Shown here piece by piece: positions 8,962 to 17,284 of a stretch of 50,237 nucleotides of DNA. Source of the stretch: a virus. Lineage: Duplodnaviria > Caudoviricetes. Position 1 is the first letter of the stretch, and every line of letters starts with the position of its first letter. Under the pieces are notes generated by a model. It was not told where the DNA came from. It ran no database searches and worked only from the letters and a program-made list of their open reading frames with translations. The position numbers were made by a program, and so were the translations under genes. The stretch covers positions 1 to 50,237 of IMG/VR virus record IMGVR_UViG_3300022181_000143. One strand, written 5' to 3'.

Positions 8962-9994
8962 TTTTATCATTCCCTTTCGTGTATATAATTAAGTACTCAT
9001 CGACTTGTGATTTTCGTAAAACAGCGGCCGGATTCGGCCGATAACTTCCTATGCTCTGTAAGTTGATGACCTCAACTTTACCAGATAGTGTTAATTCATG
9101 TTTTAGAGACTCAATATCGACATGACCATCATTACTGTATGATAGCAGGATTCTCTTTGCTGGCAACTGGGTTAATAGCTTCACCAAGGCTTTCTGAGCT
9201 TTTATTTTATAGCAGAATACTGAAGCATCTTGTTTCCAAGGCCTTAATCCAGAAACGCCTTCAACAACTGGTTCATCTTCCTGAGCAACTGTCTCTAGAA
9301 TGTGATAGTATGACGCATATTGTCGTTTTGTATATGGCGGATCAATGTATACAACATCGTCTGGAGTACAGGGAAGGTTAAAAACGTCACAACATAAAGC
9401 TTCATATGACACTGGTTTGGCTAATAATTCAGTACCATTCATTTGAAAGGTGCGTTGGGATTGCTTCGTCCATTTTGATAGAAAGCAACCATATGTCCCG
9501 GCAATATTCGCGACGTCATTCATTGAGGACATAAGGTTCGCTAGCAGTAATGTATGCTCTTTAGCGGTTATCACACCTTCACGATACCACTCAGCAATGC
9601 AAGTACGTATTGCATCAATGTGCTTAGCATTGTCCTCTGTAAAATACCGTCGCTCGTGTGGAATAAATTTTTTTGAGGCAGGCGAGTATTCTCTCCAAAA
9701 AAAACCCTTTGTCGGCCGAATTGAATTCAACCTATCTATAGCCGCTTTGTACCCACCAAAACTTCTAAACTCAACATCCTGACAAGATAACAATCTAGCT
9801 TCAGACATAATCACAGCATTAAGCAGTCTATCGCTAATGAGAACTGGCCATCCAGCTAGTGCGGTTTCATAAGCAACTATACCTGTACCACACATAGCAT
9901 CAACAAATCTGCTGTTTGATGATGACGGCTCTCCTAAATATTCAATTATTGATTTGACGATTCTTGTTTTTGAGCCGATGTAACGATATCCCAT
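8939..9994 (-). CDS. D12/Dam-superfamily (alpha class, NlaIII/FokI-like) adenine DNA methyltransferase
   Basis: RYIGSK at the N-terminus, motif I FVDAMCGTG, motif IV YIDPPY followed by RQYASYYHILET, ILLSYSNDG. Confidence 0.88.
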   Translation of the reverse strand: MGYRYIGSKTRIVKSIIEYLGEPSSSNSRFVDAMCGTGIVAYETALAGWPVLISDRLLNAVIMSEARLLSCQDVEFRSFGGYKAAIDRLNSIRPTKGFFWREYSPASKKFIPHERRYFTEDNAKHIDAIRTCIAEWYREGVITAKEHTLLLANLMSSMNDVANIAGTYGCFLSKWTKQSQRTFQMNGTELLAKPVSYEALCCDVFNLPCTPDDVVYIDPPYTKRQYASYYHILETVAQEDEPVVEGVSGLRPWKQDASVFCYKIKAQKALVKLLTQLPAKRILLSYSNDGHVDIESLKHELTLSGKVEVINLQSIGSYRPNPAAVLRKSQVDEYLIIYTKGNDKNGCTNNI

Positions 9995-10092
9995 ATGTTA
10001 TTTCACTCGTACCTTTCCAGCCGCTTTTTAATGTATATTAGTACTTTAAATGAGCTTTCATACGTTCACTTTAAATACAATAAATCAATACA

Positions 10093-10299
10093 TCAATATT
10101 TCGGCAGTATTTCCATTATGTCACTGATATCACATTCCAGCGCTGTACAGATTTTCTGTAGTATCTCCGTATTTACATTCTCATTTTTCCCAAGTTTTGT
10201 TATGGAAGCAGAACTGATACCAGAGGCTTTTTGTAAGTCTTTTTTCTTCATGTCTTTGTCAATTAGTAATTTCCAGAGTTTTTTGTAGCTTATTGCCAT
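10093..10299 (-). CDS. Small Cro/C1-type HTH regulator (controller-like)
   Basis: MAISYKKLWKLLIDKDMKKKDL...KICTALECDISDIME; RBS GGAGAGGTGG; first gene of the MTase-McrBC operon. Confidence 0.9.
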   Translation of the reverse strand: MAISYKKLWKLLIDKDMKKKDLQKASGISSASITKLGKNENVNTEILQKICTALECDISDIMEILPKY

Positions 10300-10342
10300 C
10301 GTAACCACCTCTCCAAAACGGACTCATAGTTAATCCTATATT

Positions 10343-10371
10343 ATTATACCAGAGAGGGCAATTAATATCAA
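10343..10371 (-). promoter_or_regulatory. SigA-type promoter for the leftward operon
   Basis: Minus strand TTGATA-17 nt-TATAAT with TG extension. Confidence 0.75.
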
Positions 10372-10530
10372 TGATTATTCTTTACGTTCACTCGAATTAT
10401 TCCTGAATTATATTGATTGGTTCTTTATAATAGTTTTAAGAAATAACTTCAAAGCAATAAAGCTCCTCGACGATATGTATTATACAACACAAAGGTTATT
10501 TTGTTTTAGTCGGCAAGATGATTTTATATA

Positions 10531-10559
10531 TTGACATACAGGTAAATAATCGCTATAAT
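10531..10559 (+). promoter_or_regulatory. Perfect consensus SigA promoter
   Basis: TTGACA (10531-10536), 17 nt, TATAAT (10554-10559), upstream of RBS AAAGGAGG. Confidence 0.9.
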
Positions 10560-10589
10560 AGTGTTGTAAAGGCTAAAGGAGGTTATATT

Positions 10590-11399
10590 ATGCCCGAAGA
10601 GTTCAACAATCAAACGCTGACTGACAACATTACATATTTATTAAAAGAACTTGACAAAAAAATAGGTGAGTTTGAAGCCGAAGTGGGAGTAAGTCCAGGA
10701 TATATTTCCAGAATTAGTAAAGATGGAGGGACTAAGCCGGGGATAGATTTTATTATGAACGCAGCTAGTGTCTTAAGAATTAGTATGGATTTACTCTTAA
10801 AGCACAACCTAACTAATTTGACTCCTAATGAGAAATATCTAATTCCATTTTTGGAGAAACTAAGTGAAGATACTTTGGAGGATAAGTTAGATTGGAATAC
10901 CGAGACATCTGTATCGCTTAATCGTGGAGAAGCAGACATTAACGGAAACCCATTGCATCCACTGTTTAGTTGTGAAACTTTCTTGGAGGGGGAAAGCAAA
11001 GGCTTTTCGCAAAGAACAGCAAAAGTAATGTTTGTTTCTAACACCTATGCCAAAAGCACCACTATTGATGGAAACTGTTATAACGTTCGCTTAAAAAATG
11101 GTGCTGTCTTGTATCTCATGAATGTTGCTGAAGGTGACGATATTTTTACATTCGGTGAATCAGCGAAGGAAATCTGGATGGTTGTACCATATAGCAAACC
11201 ACACTTTCTTGTTAGTAGTAAGGGCTCAACCTCAATTGCTGGTTTGGTAGATAGTTTATATACATTGGTTGACTATCAAATGAAGAAACCTAGAGTGAAG
11301 AAAGAAATCAAATACGTTATTGATGCATATATGAAAGATGATTTGAGTGATGATGATTCGAACGATAGTGTTGATGATGACGATATTCCTTTTAATTGA
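10590..11399 (+). CDS. XRE-family HTH protein with unknown C-terminal domain and acidic tail
   Basis: IGEFEAEVGVSPGYISRI...PGIDFIMNAASVLRISMDLLL; start reassigned to ATG 10590 after AAAGGAGG. Confidence 0.8.
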   Translation: MPEEFNNQTLTDNITYLLKELDKKIGEFEAEVGVSPGYISRISKDGGTKPGIDFIMNAASVLRISMDLLLKHNLTNLTPNEKYLIPFLEKLSEDTLEDKLDWNTETSVSLNRGEADINGNPLHPLFSCETFLEGESKGFSQRTAKVMFVSNTYAKSTTIDGNCYNVRLKNGAVLYLMNVAEGDDIFTFGESAKEIWMVVPYSKPHFLVSSKGSTSIAGLVDSLYTLVDYQMKKPRVKKEIKYVIDAYMKDDLSDDDSNDSVDDDDIPFN

Positions 11400-11417
11400 T
11401 TGTTAGGAGGAAGCGAA

Positions 11418-11621
11418 ATGTTTAAACAACCTATAAGAAATTTTCGAGCCTCTAAATCAATGGCCCCTCGTTTCTGTGACGTTATTGTAGAAGGCAAAAA
11501 GATTTATTTAGAGCAGAAAATAAAAGGTCATTGCGTAACAATTCCTTGGGAGGATGTTGTATATCAAGTTCAAGCAGCAATCGCTGCATATGAAGAGAAA
11601 CTACCGCGAACTGCCCCGTAA
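11418..11621 (+). CDS. Small hypothetical protein (67 aa)
   Basis: RBS AGGAGG before ATG 11418; co-oriented with the XRE gene. Confidence 0.7.
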   Translation: MFKQPIRNFRASKSMAPRFCDVIVEGKKIYLEQKIKGHCVTIPWEDVVYQVQAAIAAYEEKLPRTAP

Positions 11622-11635
11622 ACAATCGAGGAGCT

Positions 11636-11693
11636 AAAGACGGAGTTATCTACGAACCCTTTAATGGGTGAATAGATAACTCCGTCTTTTTTT
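11636..11693 (+). terminator. Intrinsic terminator
   Basis: 17-bp perfect inverted repeat AAAGACGGAGTTATCTA / TAGATAACTCCGTCTTT plus T tract. Confidence 0.8.
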
Positions 11694-11786
11694 ATCGCAG
11701 TAACGCAAGATATGGGTTTATTTCCATCAGCAATAAGGGTTATATATTTTTAGAAGCTTGAAGCTTCAAAATAAATCACAATGTCC

Positions 11787-11940
11787 AAGTGCGCATTAGG
11801 ACGGCGGGATGCAAATGAGTTCAGATCACAGTGAAAAAGCTGTATCTGGAATCAAGATGCACCTACCGTAACTTAGTGCGCACTTTTTTTCGTGTTCACA
11901 AGTTAGGGGGTCACTTTGAACCTCAATTTGCATACCGCCG
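11787..11940 (+). promoter_or_regulatory. Structured 5' leader with mutually exclusive helices (attenuator-like)
   Basis: 11787-11813 pairs with 11858-11885 and is followed by a T run; alternatively 11802-11823 pairs with 11917-11940. Confidence 0.6.
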
Positions 11941-11970
11941 GCCTTCGTTAGGACGGAAAGGAATGCAAAA

Positions 11971-12492
11971 ATGCGTAAACCACAAAAGAACCGCAGTATT
12001 AGTTACTCTTACACCTGTTGGGATGAGGAAAGCAAAGCTTACTTCACCATCCCAATCACTCCGGGTCAAGATGGTGTTACGGAAGACCATATCCTGCTTC
12101 TTCAGAGCCTAGACCATCGTGAAGCCCTAGATAACCGTTATGCAGAAGAACATCTGGATTTTGGTACCGCGAACAAAAAAGCAAATTGTTTTGAAGATTC
12201 AGAGAGCTTTCCAGATGACCCCATAGAAAATCTCGGAACAAGTAAAACAGATCCGGCATACCTTTTAGGTCAAGCTTCAGATGAACCGAGTGCAATGGTG
12301 GAGCTCTTATCACAACTCATGCAAGAACTAGAACCACAACAAGAAGATCTTATCTACGAAGTGTATGGTGCCTGCCGTCAGCTAACCGAAATTGCGAAAG
12401 AGCAGGGTGTCACTACAGCTGCCGTTTCTCGTCGCATTAGCAAAATCGTAGCTCGCTTAAAAAAACTCTTCGCTCAAAGAGGCATCTCCTAA
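11971..12492 (+). CDS. Sigma-70 region-4-like DNA-binding regulator
   Basis: C-terminal LEPQQEDLIYEVY...LTEIAKEQGVTTAAVSRRISKI HTH; RBS GAAAGGA. Confidence 0.8.
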   Translation: MRKPQKNRSISYSYTCWDEESKAYFTIPITPGQDGVTEDHILLLQSLDHREALDNRYAEEHLDFGTANKKANCFEDSESFPDDPIENLGTSKTDPAYLLGQASDEPSAMVELLSQLMQELEPQQEDLIYEVYGACRQLTEIAKEQGVTTAAVSRRISKIVARLKKLFAQRGIS

Positions 12493-12609
12493 CAAATAAA
12501 CCTTGTTTTCAAGGGGGGGTTAACTTTTTCGGCTTTAAGTAGAGGGAGAATTCACTACAACAAAACCGACCTTCCTCCGGGAGCAGACCCGTTTACATGT
12601 AAGGAGGTT

Positions 12610-12816
12610 ATGCCTATGAATCTGCAACATCAAGTGCGAATCCATATTGCTCAAAAAGAGGGTTCCCATCCAAGCGCTGTGCTCAAAAGCGGGATCAGAA
12701 AGATTCCACAAAGGCTCTTAAATTTTCTCTTCGGTGAGTTCACTGAAGTTCTAGTGCTCACACCGGGGCAGAGCGTTCAGTCCGTAGAAATCCACGAAAT
12801 CAAGAAAGGGGGTTAA
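12610..12816 (+). CDS. Phage hypothetical protein
   Basis: RBS AAGGAGG; start of the coupled replication operon. Confidence 0.75.
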   Translation: MPMNLQHQVRIHIAQKEGSHPSAVLKSGIRKIPQRLLNFLFGEFTEVLVLTPGQSVQSVEIHEIKKGG

Positions 12817-12819
12817 TCA

Positions 12820-13137
12820 ATGAGCCGCATCCAATTACTTTTCGAAGTGGTCAACCACCTAGAATCCCTGTCCGCCAGTCTTAGAACCCTAGCAGAAGTT
12901 ATGTCCGATAACTCGTCACAAGAGAACATCGTTACCCCGGTGCCGGAAGTAACCCTTAGTGTTAAGCCCATCACCATGGAAGAAGTCCGGGCTGTGCTTA
13001 CCCCGATCAGCCAAAGTGGGAAGACCGCACAAGTCAAAGAACTGCTTCTCAAATATGGGGTGAATCGGTTAAGCGAACTTGATGCTTCCCATTATGAAGC
13101 ACTCATCGCGGATGCCAGGGAGTTAGCTCATGGGTAA
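12820..13137 (+). CDS. Phage hypothetical protein
   Basis: C-terminal ITMEEVRAVL...VKELLLKYG..LSELD..HYEAL, of the kind found upstream of DUF2800 genes. Confidence 0.75.
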   Translation: MSRIQLLFEVVNHLESLSASLRTLAEVMSDNSSQENIVTPVPEVTLSVKPITMEEVRAVLTPISQSGKTAQVKELLLKYGVNRLSELDASHYEALIADARELAHG

Positions 13138-14269
13138 ACATGCGATTCTTTCTGCTTCTAGTTCACACCGCTGGATGAATTGTAGCCCTTCAGCAAGGTT
13201 AGAGCAGCAGTTCGAAGATCGCGAAACTACAGCCGCAGCGGAAGGTACAGCAGCTCATACACTGGCAGAGCACAAGCTTCGTAAAGCTTTAAAGATGCGA
13301 AGCAAGAAACCGATCTCGCCTTTCGATAGTGACGAGATGGATGAACACACAGATGCCTATGTGAACTTTGTCTTAGAGCAACTGGAGCTGGCCAGACAAA
13401 CCTGCCCTGACCCTGTGGTGCTTATCGAGCAGAGATTGGATTTCTCTCAATATGTGCCGGATGGCTTTGGCACCGGAGATTGCATTCTCATCGCAGATAA
13501 GAGATTACACATCATTGATTTGAAGTACGGTTCAGGGATAGTCGTTAGTGCCGAGCACAACAGCCAGATGCTGTTATATGCCTTAGCTGCTCTGGAGATC
13601 TTCGACACCCTATACGACGTTGAAGAAATCTCCATGACCATCTTCCAACCACGAAGAGAGAATGTCAGCACCTGGAAGATCTCAACCGATGCCCTGAAAG
13701 AATGGTGTTCAAACGAACTCATACCGAAAGCCAAGCTGGCTTTCAAAGGAGAAGGGGAATACTGCCCGGGTGAATGGTGTACGTTCTGCCGAGCCGCAGT
13801 CAAGTGTCGAGCCAGAGCGGAAGAGAAACTGAGATTAGCACAATCGGAATTCGCCTTACCACCTTTGCTCAGTGACGAAGAAATCGAAGCAGTCTTAGGA
13901 AAACTCAGTGACATTGCTAAATGGGCCAATGACATCAGCACCTATGCATTGAATGCAGCACTCAACCATGGCAAGCAGTGGTCGGGGTATAAAGTGGTGG
14001 AAGGCCGTAGCAATCGACGATTCAAAGATGAGAATGCGGTAGCGGATACTGCCAAACAACATGGGTATCAGGACATTTATAAACAAAGTCTCATAACCTT
14101 AACTGAGTTTGAGAAACTCCTAGGTAAGGTAAAGTTCAATGAAATCCTGGGAAACTTCGTCGAAAAGCCACCCGGGAAACCAACCCTTGTCCCTCTATCG
14201 GATAAGCGTCCGGCACTACATGGATCAAACGTCAATGACGATTTTAAAGAAAATATGGAGGTTGAATAA
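13130..14269 (+). CDS. DUF2800 (Cas4-like PD-(D/E)XK) phage nuclease
   Basis: HAILSASSSHRW..C, EGT.AH, FGTGDC, IIDLKYG, QMLLYA, CTFCRAAVKC. Confidence 0.85.
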   Translation: MGKHAILSASSSHRWMNCSPSARLEQQFEDRETTAAAEGTAAHTLAEHKLRKALKMRSKKPISPFDSDEMDEHTDAYVNFVLEQLELARQTCPDPVVLIEQRLDFSQYVPDGFGTGDCILIADKRLHIIDLKYGSGIVVSAEHNSQMLLYALAALEIFDTLYDVEEISMTIFQPRRENVSTWKISTDALKEWCSNELIPKAKLAFKGEGEYCPGEWCTFCRAAVKCRARAEEKLRLAQSEFALPPLLSDEEIEAVLGKLSDIAKWANDISTYALNAALNHGKQWSGYKVVEGRSNRRFKDENAVADTAKQHGYQDIYKQSLITLTEFEKLLGKVKFNEILGNFVEKPPGKPTLVPLSDKRPALHGSNVNDDFKENMEVE

Positions 14270-14270
14270 C

Positions 14271-14825
14271 ATGGCAAATCAGAACAACAGCAAAACCAAG
14301 GTCATCACCGGAGTCAATACTCGACTCAGTTACTTCCACGGTTGGGAGCCGATGTCCATCAACGGTGGAACCCCCAAATATAGCGTTTCAGTATTAATTC
14401 CCAAGAGCGATAAAGAGACCATCCGAGCCATTGAAGCGGCGATCGATGCAGCCATCGAAGAGGGTATCGCCAAGTTCGGCGGCAAGAAACCCAATAAAGC
14501 AGCGATCAAGCTGCCCTTAAGAGATGGCGATATTGAGCGCGATGATGAAGCTTACAAAGGTCATTACTTCATCAATGCCAACAGCACTACTGCTCCACAG
14601 ATTGTAGATAAAGCAGTAAAGCCGATTCTCGATCGGGACGAGGTCTACAGCGGCTGTTATGGTCGAGTCTCCTTGAACTTCTACGCTTTCAATTCAAACG
14701 GAAATAAAGGTGTAGCTTGTGGTTTAGGAAACATCCAAAAACTGCGTGACGGAGAGCCCTTAAGCAGCCGATCGAAAGCCGAAGATGAGTTCACCACTGT
14801 TGAGGAAGATGACTTCCTCGTTTAG
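14271..14825 (+). CDS. DUF2815 single-stranded DNA-binding protein (T7 gp2.5-like)
   Basis: RLSY, KYSVSVLIPK, LPLRDGD, VYSGCY, GLGNIQK, acidic tail; start at ATG 14271 after GGAGG. Confidence 0.85.
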   Translation: MANQNNSKTKVITGVNTRLSYFHGWEPMSINGGTPKYSVSVLIPKSDKETIRAIEAAIDAAIEEGIAKFGGKKPNKAAIKLPLRDGDIERDDEAYKGHYFINANSTTAPQIVDKAVKPILDRDEVYSGCYGRVSLNFYAFNSNGNKGVACGLGNIQKLRDGEPLSSRSKAEDEFTTVEEDDFLV

Positions 14826-14840
14826 CCAACTAAGAACCCT

Positions 14841-14873
14841 GGTAGGAAGGCGGAATATCTCTACCTTCCTACC
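14841..14873 (+). other. Intergenic stem-loop between ssb and polA
   Basis: GGTAGGAAGG / CCTTCCTACC 10-bp inverted repeat with no T tract. Confidence 0.55.
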
Positions 14874-14897
14874 CCAGTTGGAAAAGGTGGTGACTAC

Positions 14898-16838
14898 ATG
14901 AAATCTTTGAGTATCGATATCGAAACATTTTCTTCTGCGAACTTGAGCAAAAGTGGTGTGTATAAGTATGCCGAATCTCCGGATTTCCAAATCTTGCTCT
15001 TTGCTTATTCCGCCGACGAAGGTGAAGTACAGGTGGTGGATCTAGCTCAAGGAGAAGAAATCCCGTCAGAAATCCTAGGTGCTTTATCTGACCAGGCGAT
15101 AATCAAATGGGCCTTCAACGCACAATTCGAGCGAATCTGTCTATCTCGTTTTCTCGGGATGCCTTTGGGGACTTACCTCAATCCCGAGGGCTGGAAATGT
15201 AGCATGGTCTGGTCAGCGACTTTGGGGTTACCTCTCTCGCTCGAGGGAGTGGGAGCTGTACTTGGATTAGAGAAGCAGAAGCTCCAAGAAGGGAAGTCCT
15301 TAATCAAGTTCTTCAGTGTTCCCAATCACGCGAACGAAGGCTCGTCACGAAACCAACCTGCAACCGATCCGGAGAAATGGCAACGTTTCAAAGCCTATAA
15401 CCAACGCGATGTGGAGACAGAGTTAGGGATTCAAGCCAAGTTAGCTAAGTTTCCGGTTCGAGATTTGGAGTGGCATCATTATTGGCTGGATCAGAAAATC
15501 AACGATATCGGGATAGCCTTGGATATGGAGTTTGTCAAGCAAGCCATTCAATGCGATATCCTCACCAAAGAAAAACTAAGGATTCAGATGCGAGATTTGA
15601 CTGAACTGGAGAACCCCAACTCCGTGTTACAAATGCGGGATTGGCTAGCCGAGAACGGATTGGAGACCGAGTCGCTGGGCAAATATGCAATCAATGACCT
15701 CATGGAAACTGCTCCTGAAGAACTTATTGAGGTATTGTCCTTACGCCAGGAGCTTGCAAAGTCCTCCGTGCAAAAATACACTTCAATGTCCACTGTAGTT
15801 GGTGAAGATGGAAGAGCTAGAGGCCTGATCCAGTTCTATGGAGCCAACCGCACCGGCAGATATGCCGGAAGGCTAATCCAAGTACAAAACCTACCGCAGA
15901 ACCACTTGCCGGATTTAAGCGCGGCAAGGCAACTCGTCAAAGCGGGTTCTTTTGAAGCAGTAGAGCTGTTATATGAGAGCACTACAGGCGTGCTCTCGGA
16001 GCTTATTCGCACAGCCTTTATTCCTAAATCGGGAACGCGCTTCATTGTAGCGGACTTCTCGGCCATTGAAGCACGGATCATTGCCTGGCTTGCCGGTGAG
16101 AAGTGGCGGATGGAGGTCTTTGCATCGGGTGGAGATATCTACTGTGCTTCAGCATCCAAGATGTTCCATGTTCCAGTCGAGAAGAACGGAATCAATGGCC
16201 ATCTCAGACAAAAAGGGAAGATTGCAGAACTTGCCCTGGGTTTTGGCGGTTCGGTTGGAGCACTCAAGGCCATGGGAGCTCTGCAGATGGGTTTAAAGGA
16301 AGAAGAGCTAAAGCCCCTGGTTCATACCTGGCGCAAGTCCAATCCCCACATTGTAAAGCTGTGGTGGGATGTCGACAAAGCAGCTATGATGGCGATCCGT
16401 GATAAAACCACCACAGAAACACACGGCATCCGGTTCTCGTATTTAAGCGGGATGCTCTTCATCACACTGCCTTCCGGGAGAAACCTTGCCTATGTTAAAC
16501 CACGTATCGGTACTAACAAGTTTGGCTCGGATGCGGTGACCTATGAAGGCGTCGGTGCTACCAAGAAGTGGGAACGTCTCGAAAGTTATGGACCAAAACT
16601 CGTAGAGAACATCGTACAAGCCACAGCTCGCGATATCCTGGCAGAAGCATTACTACGCTTAAACCAAGCTGGATACACCATCGTCATGCACGTTCACGAT
16701 GAAGTCGTGCTCGAGGTTCCCTTTGGTGTCTCTTCAGTCGAGGAAGTCTGTCAGATTATGTCCATCACACCTACCTGGGCACACGGCTTACTTCTCGATG
16801 CTGCCGGGTTCGAGTGTGAGTTCTACAAGAAAGACTAA
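14898..16838 (+). CDS. Phage family A DNA polymerase with 3'-5' exonuclease domain
   Basis: Exo I DIET, AFNAQFER, YNQRDV; motif A ADFSAIEAR; motif B RQKGKIAELALGFGG; motif C HVHDE. Confidence 0.95.
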   Translation: MKSLSIDIETFSSANLSKSGVYKYAESPDFQILLFAYSADEGEVQVVDLAQGEEIPSEILGALSDQAIIKWAFNAQFERICLSRFLGMPLGTYLNPEGWKCSMVWSATLGLPLSLEGVGAVLGLEKQKLQEGKSLIKFFSVPNHANEGSSRNQPATDPEKWQRFKAYNQRDVETELGIQAKLAKFPVRDLEWHHYWLDQKINDIGIALDMEFVKQAIQCDILTKEKLRIQMRDLTELENPNSVLQMRDWLAENGLETESLGKYAINDLMETAPEELIEVLSLRQELAKSSVQKYTSMSTVVGEDGRARGLIQFYGANRTGRYAGRLIQVQNLPQNHLPDLSAARQLVKAGSFEAVELLYESTTGVLSELIRTAFIPKSGTRFIVADFSAIEARIIAWLAGEKWRMEVFASGGDIYCASASKMFHVPVEKNGINGHLRQKGKIAELALGFGGSVGALKAMGALQMGLKEEELKPLVHTWRKSNPHIVKLWWDVDKAAMMAIRDKTTTETHGIRFSYLSGMLFITLPSGRNLAYVKPRIGTNKFGSDAVTYEGVGATKKWERLESYGPKLVENIVQATARDILAEALLRLNQAGYTIVMHVHDEVVLEVPFGVSSVEEVCQIMSITPTWAHGLLLDAAGFECEFYKKD

Positions 16839-16855
16839 ATGAAAGGAGGTCCGAT

Positions 16856-17284
16856 ATGAGTATTAGCAAGTTTAACTCTGCTGGGTGCTTTGATCCGACA
16901 GCATTTGAAGCATTAACCCGCATTGAGCAGGAGACCAGCCAGTTTCCCTACATGCCCATCGTCTACATCTGTTCCCCCTTCTCGGGAGATATTGATAGAA
17001 ATCAAAAAAGAGCAAGGTCGCATTGCCGATTTGCTCTCGACCAAGGATATATCCCCATTGCCATGCATTTACTCTTACCTCAGTTTATGAACGACAGTGA
17101 TTTGAGAGAACGCAATTTAGCGCTGTTCATCAATCTCATCCTTATGGGCAAGTGCAAAGAAGTCTGGGTGTTTGGTGACTGTATCTCAGATGGAATGGCG
17201 ATTGAAATCACCAAAGCCAAGAAAAGAGGTCAACCTATCCGATATTTTGGCTTGGACCACGAGGAGGTCGAGGAGTATGCGTGA
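16856..17284 (+). CDS. DUF4406/nucleoside 2-deoxyribosyltransferase-like phage protein
   Basis: VYICSPFSGD, PIAMHL, CKEVWVFG..ISDGM..EI. Confidence 0.7.
   Translation: MSISKFNSAGCFDPTAFEALTRIEQETSQFPYMPIVYICSPFSGDIDRNQKRARSHCRFALDQGYIPIAMHLLLPQFMNDSDLRERNLALFINLILMGKCKEVWVFGDCISDGMAIEITKAKKRGQPIRYFGLDHEEVEEYA

Noticed and set aside
11831-12112. 93-aa ORF overlapping the leader and the sigma-like gene (possible leader peptide)
   Set aside because: No SD, and it overlaps the real gene out of frame; the region is better explained as structured RNA
13130-14269. Cas4-like protein as evidence of CRISPR-Cas
   Set aside because: Standard DUF2800 gene in a phage replication module; no array or other cas genes
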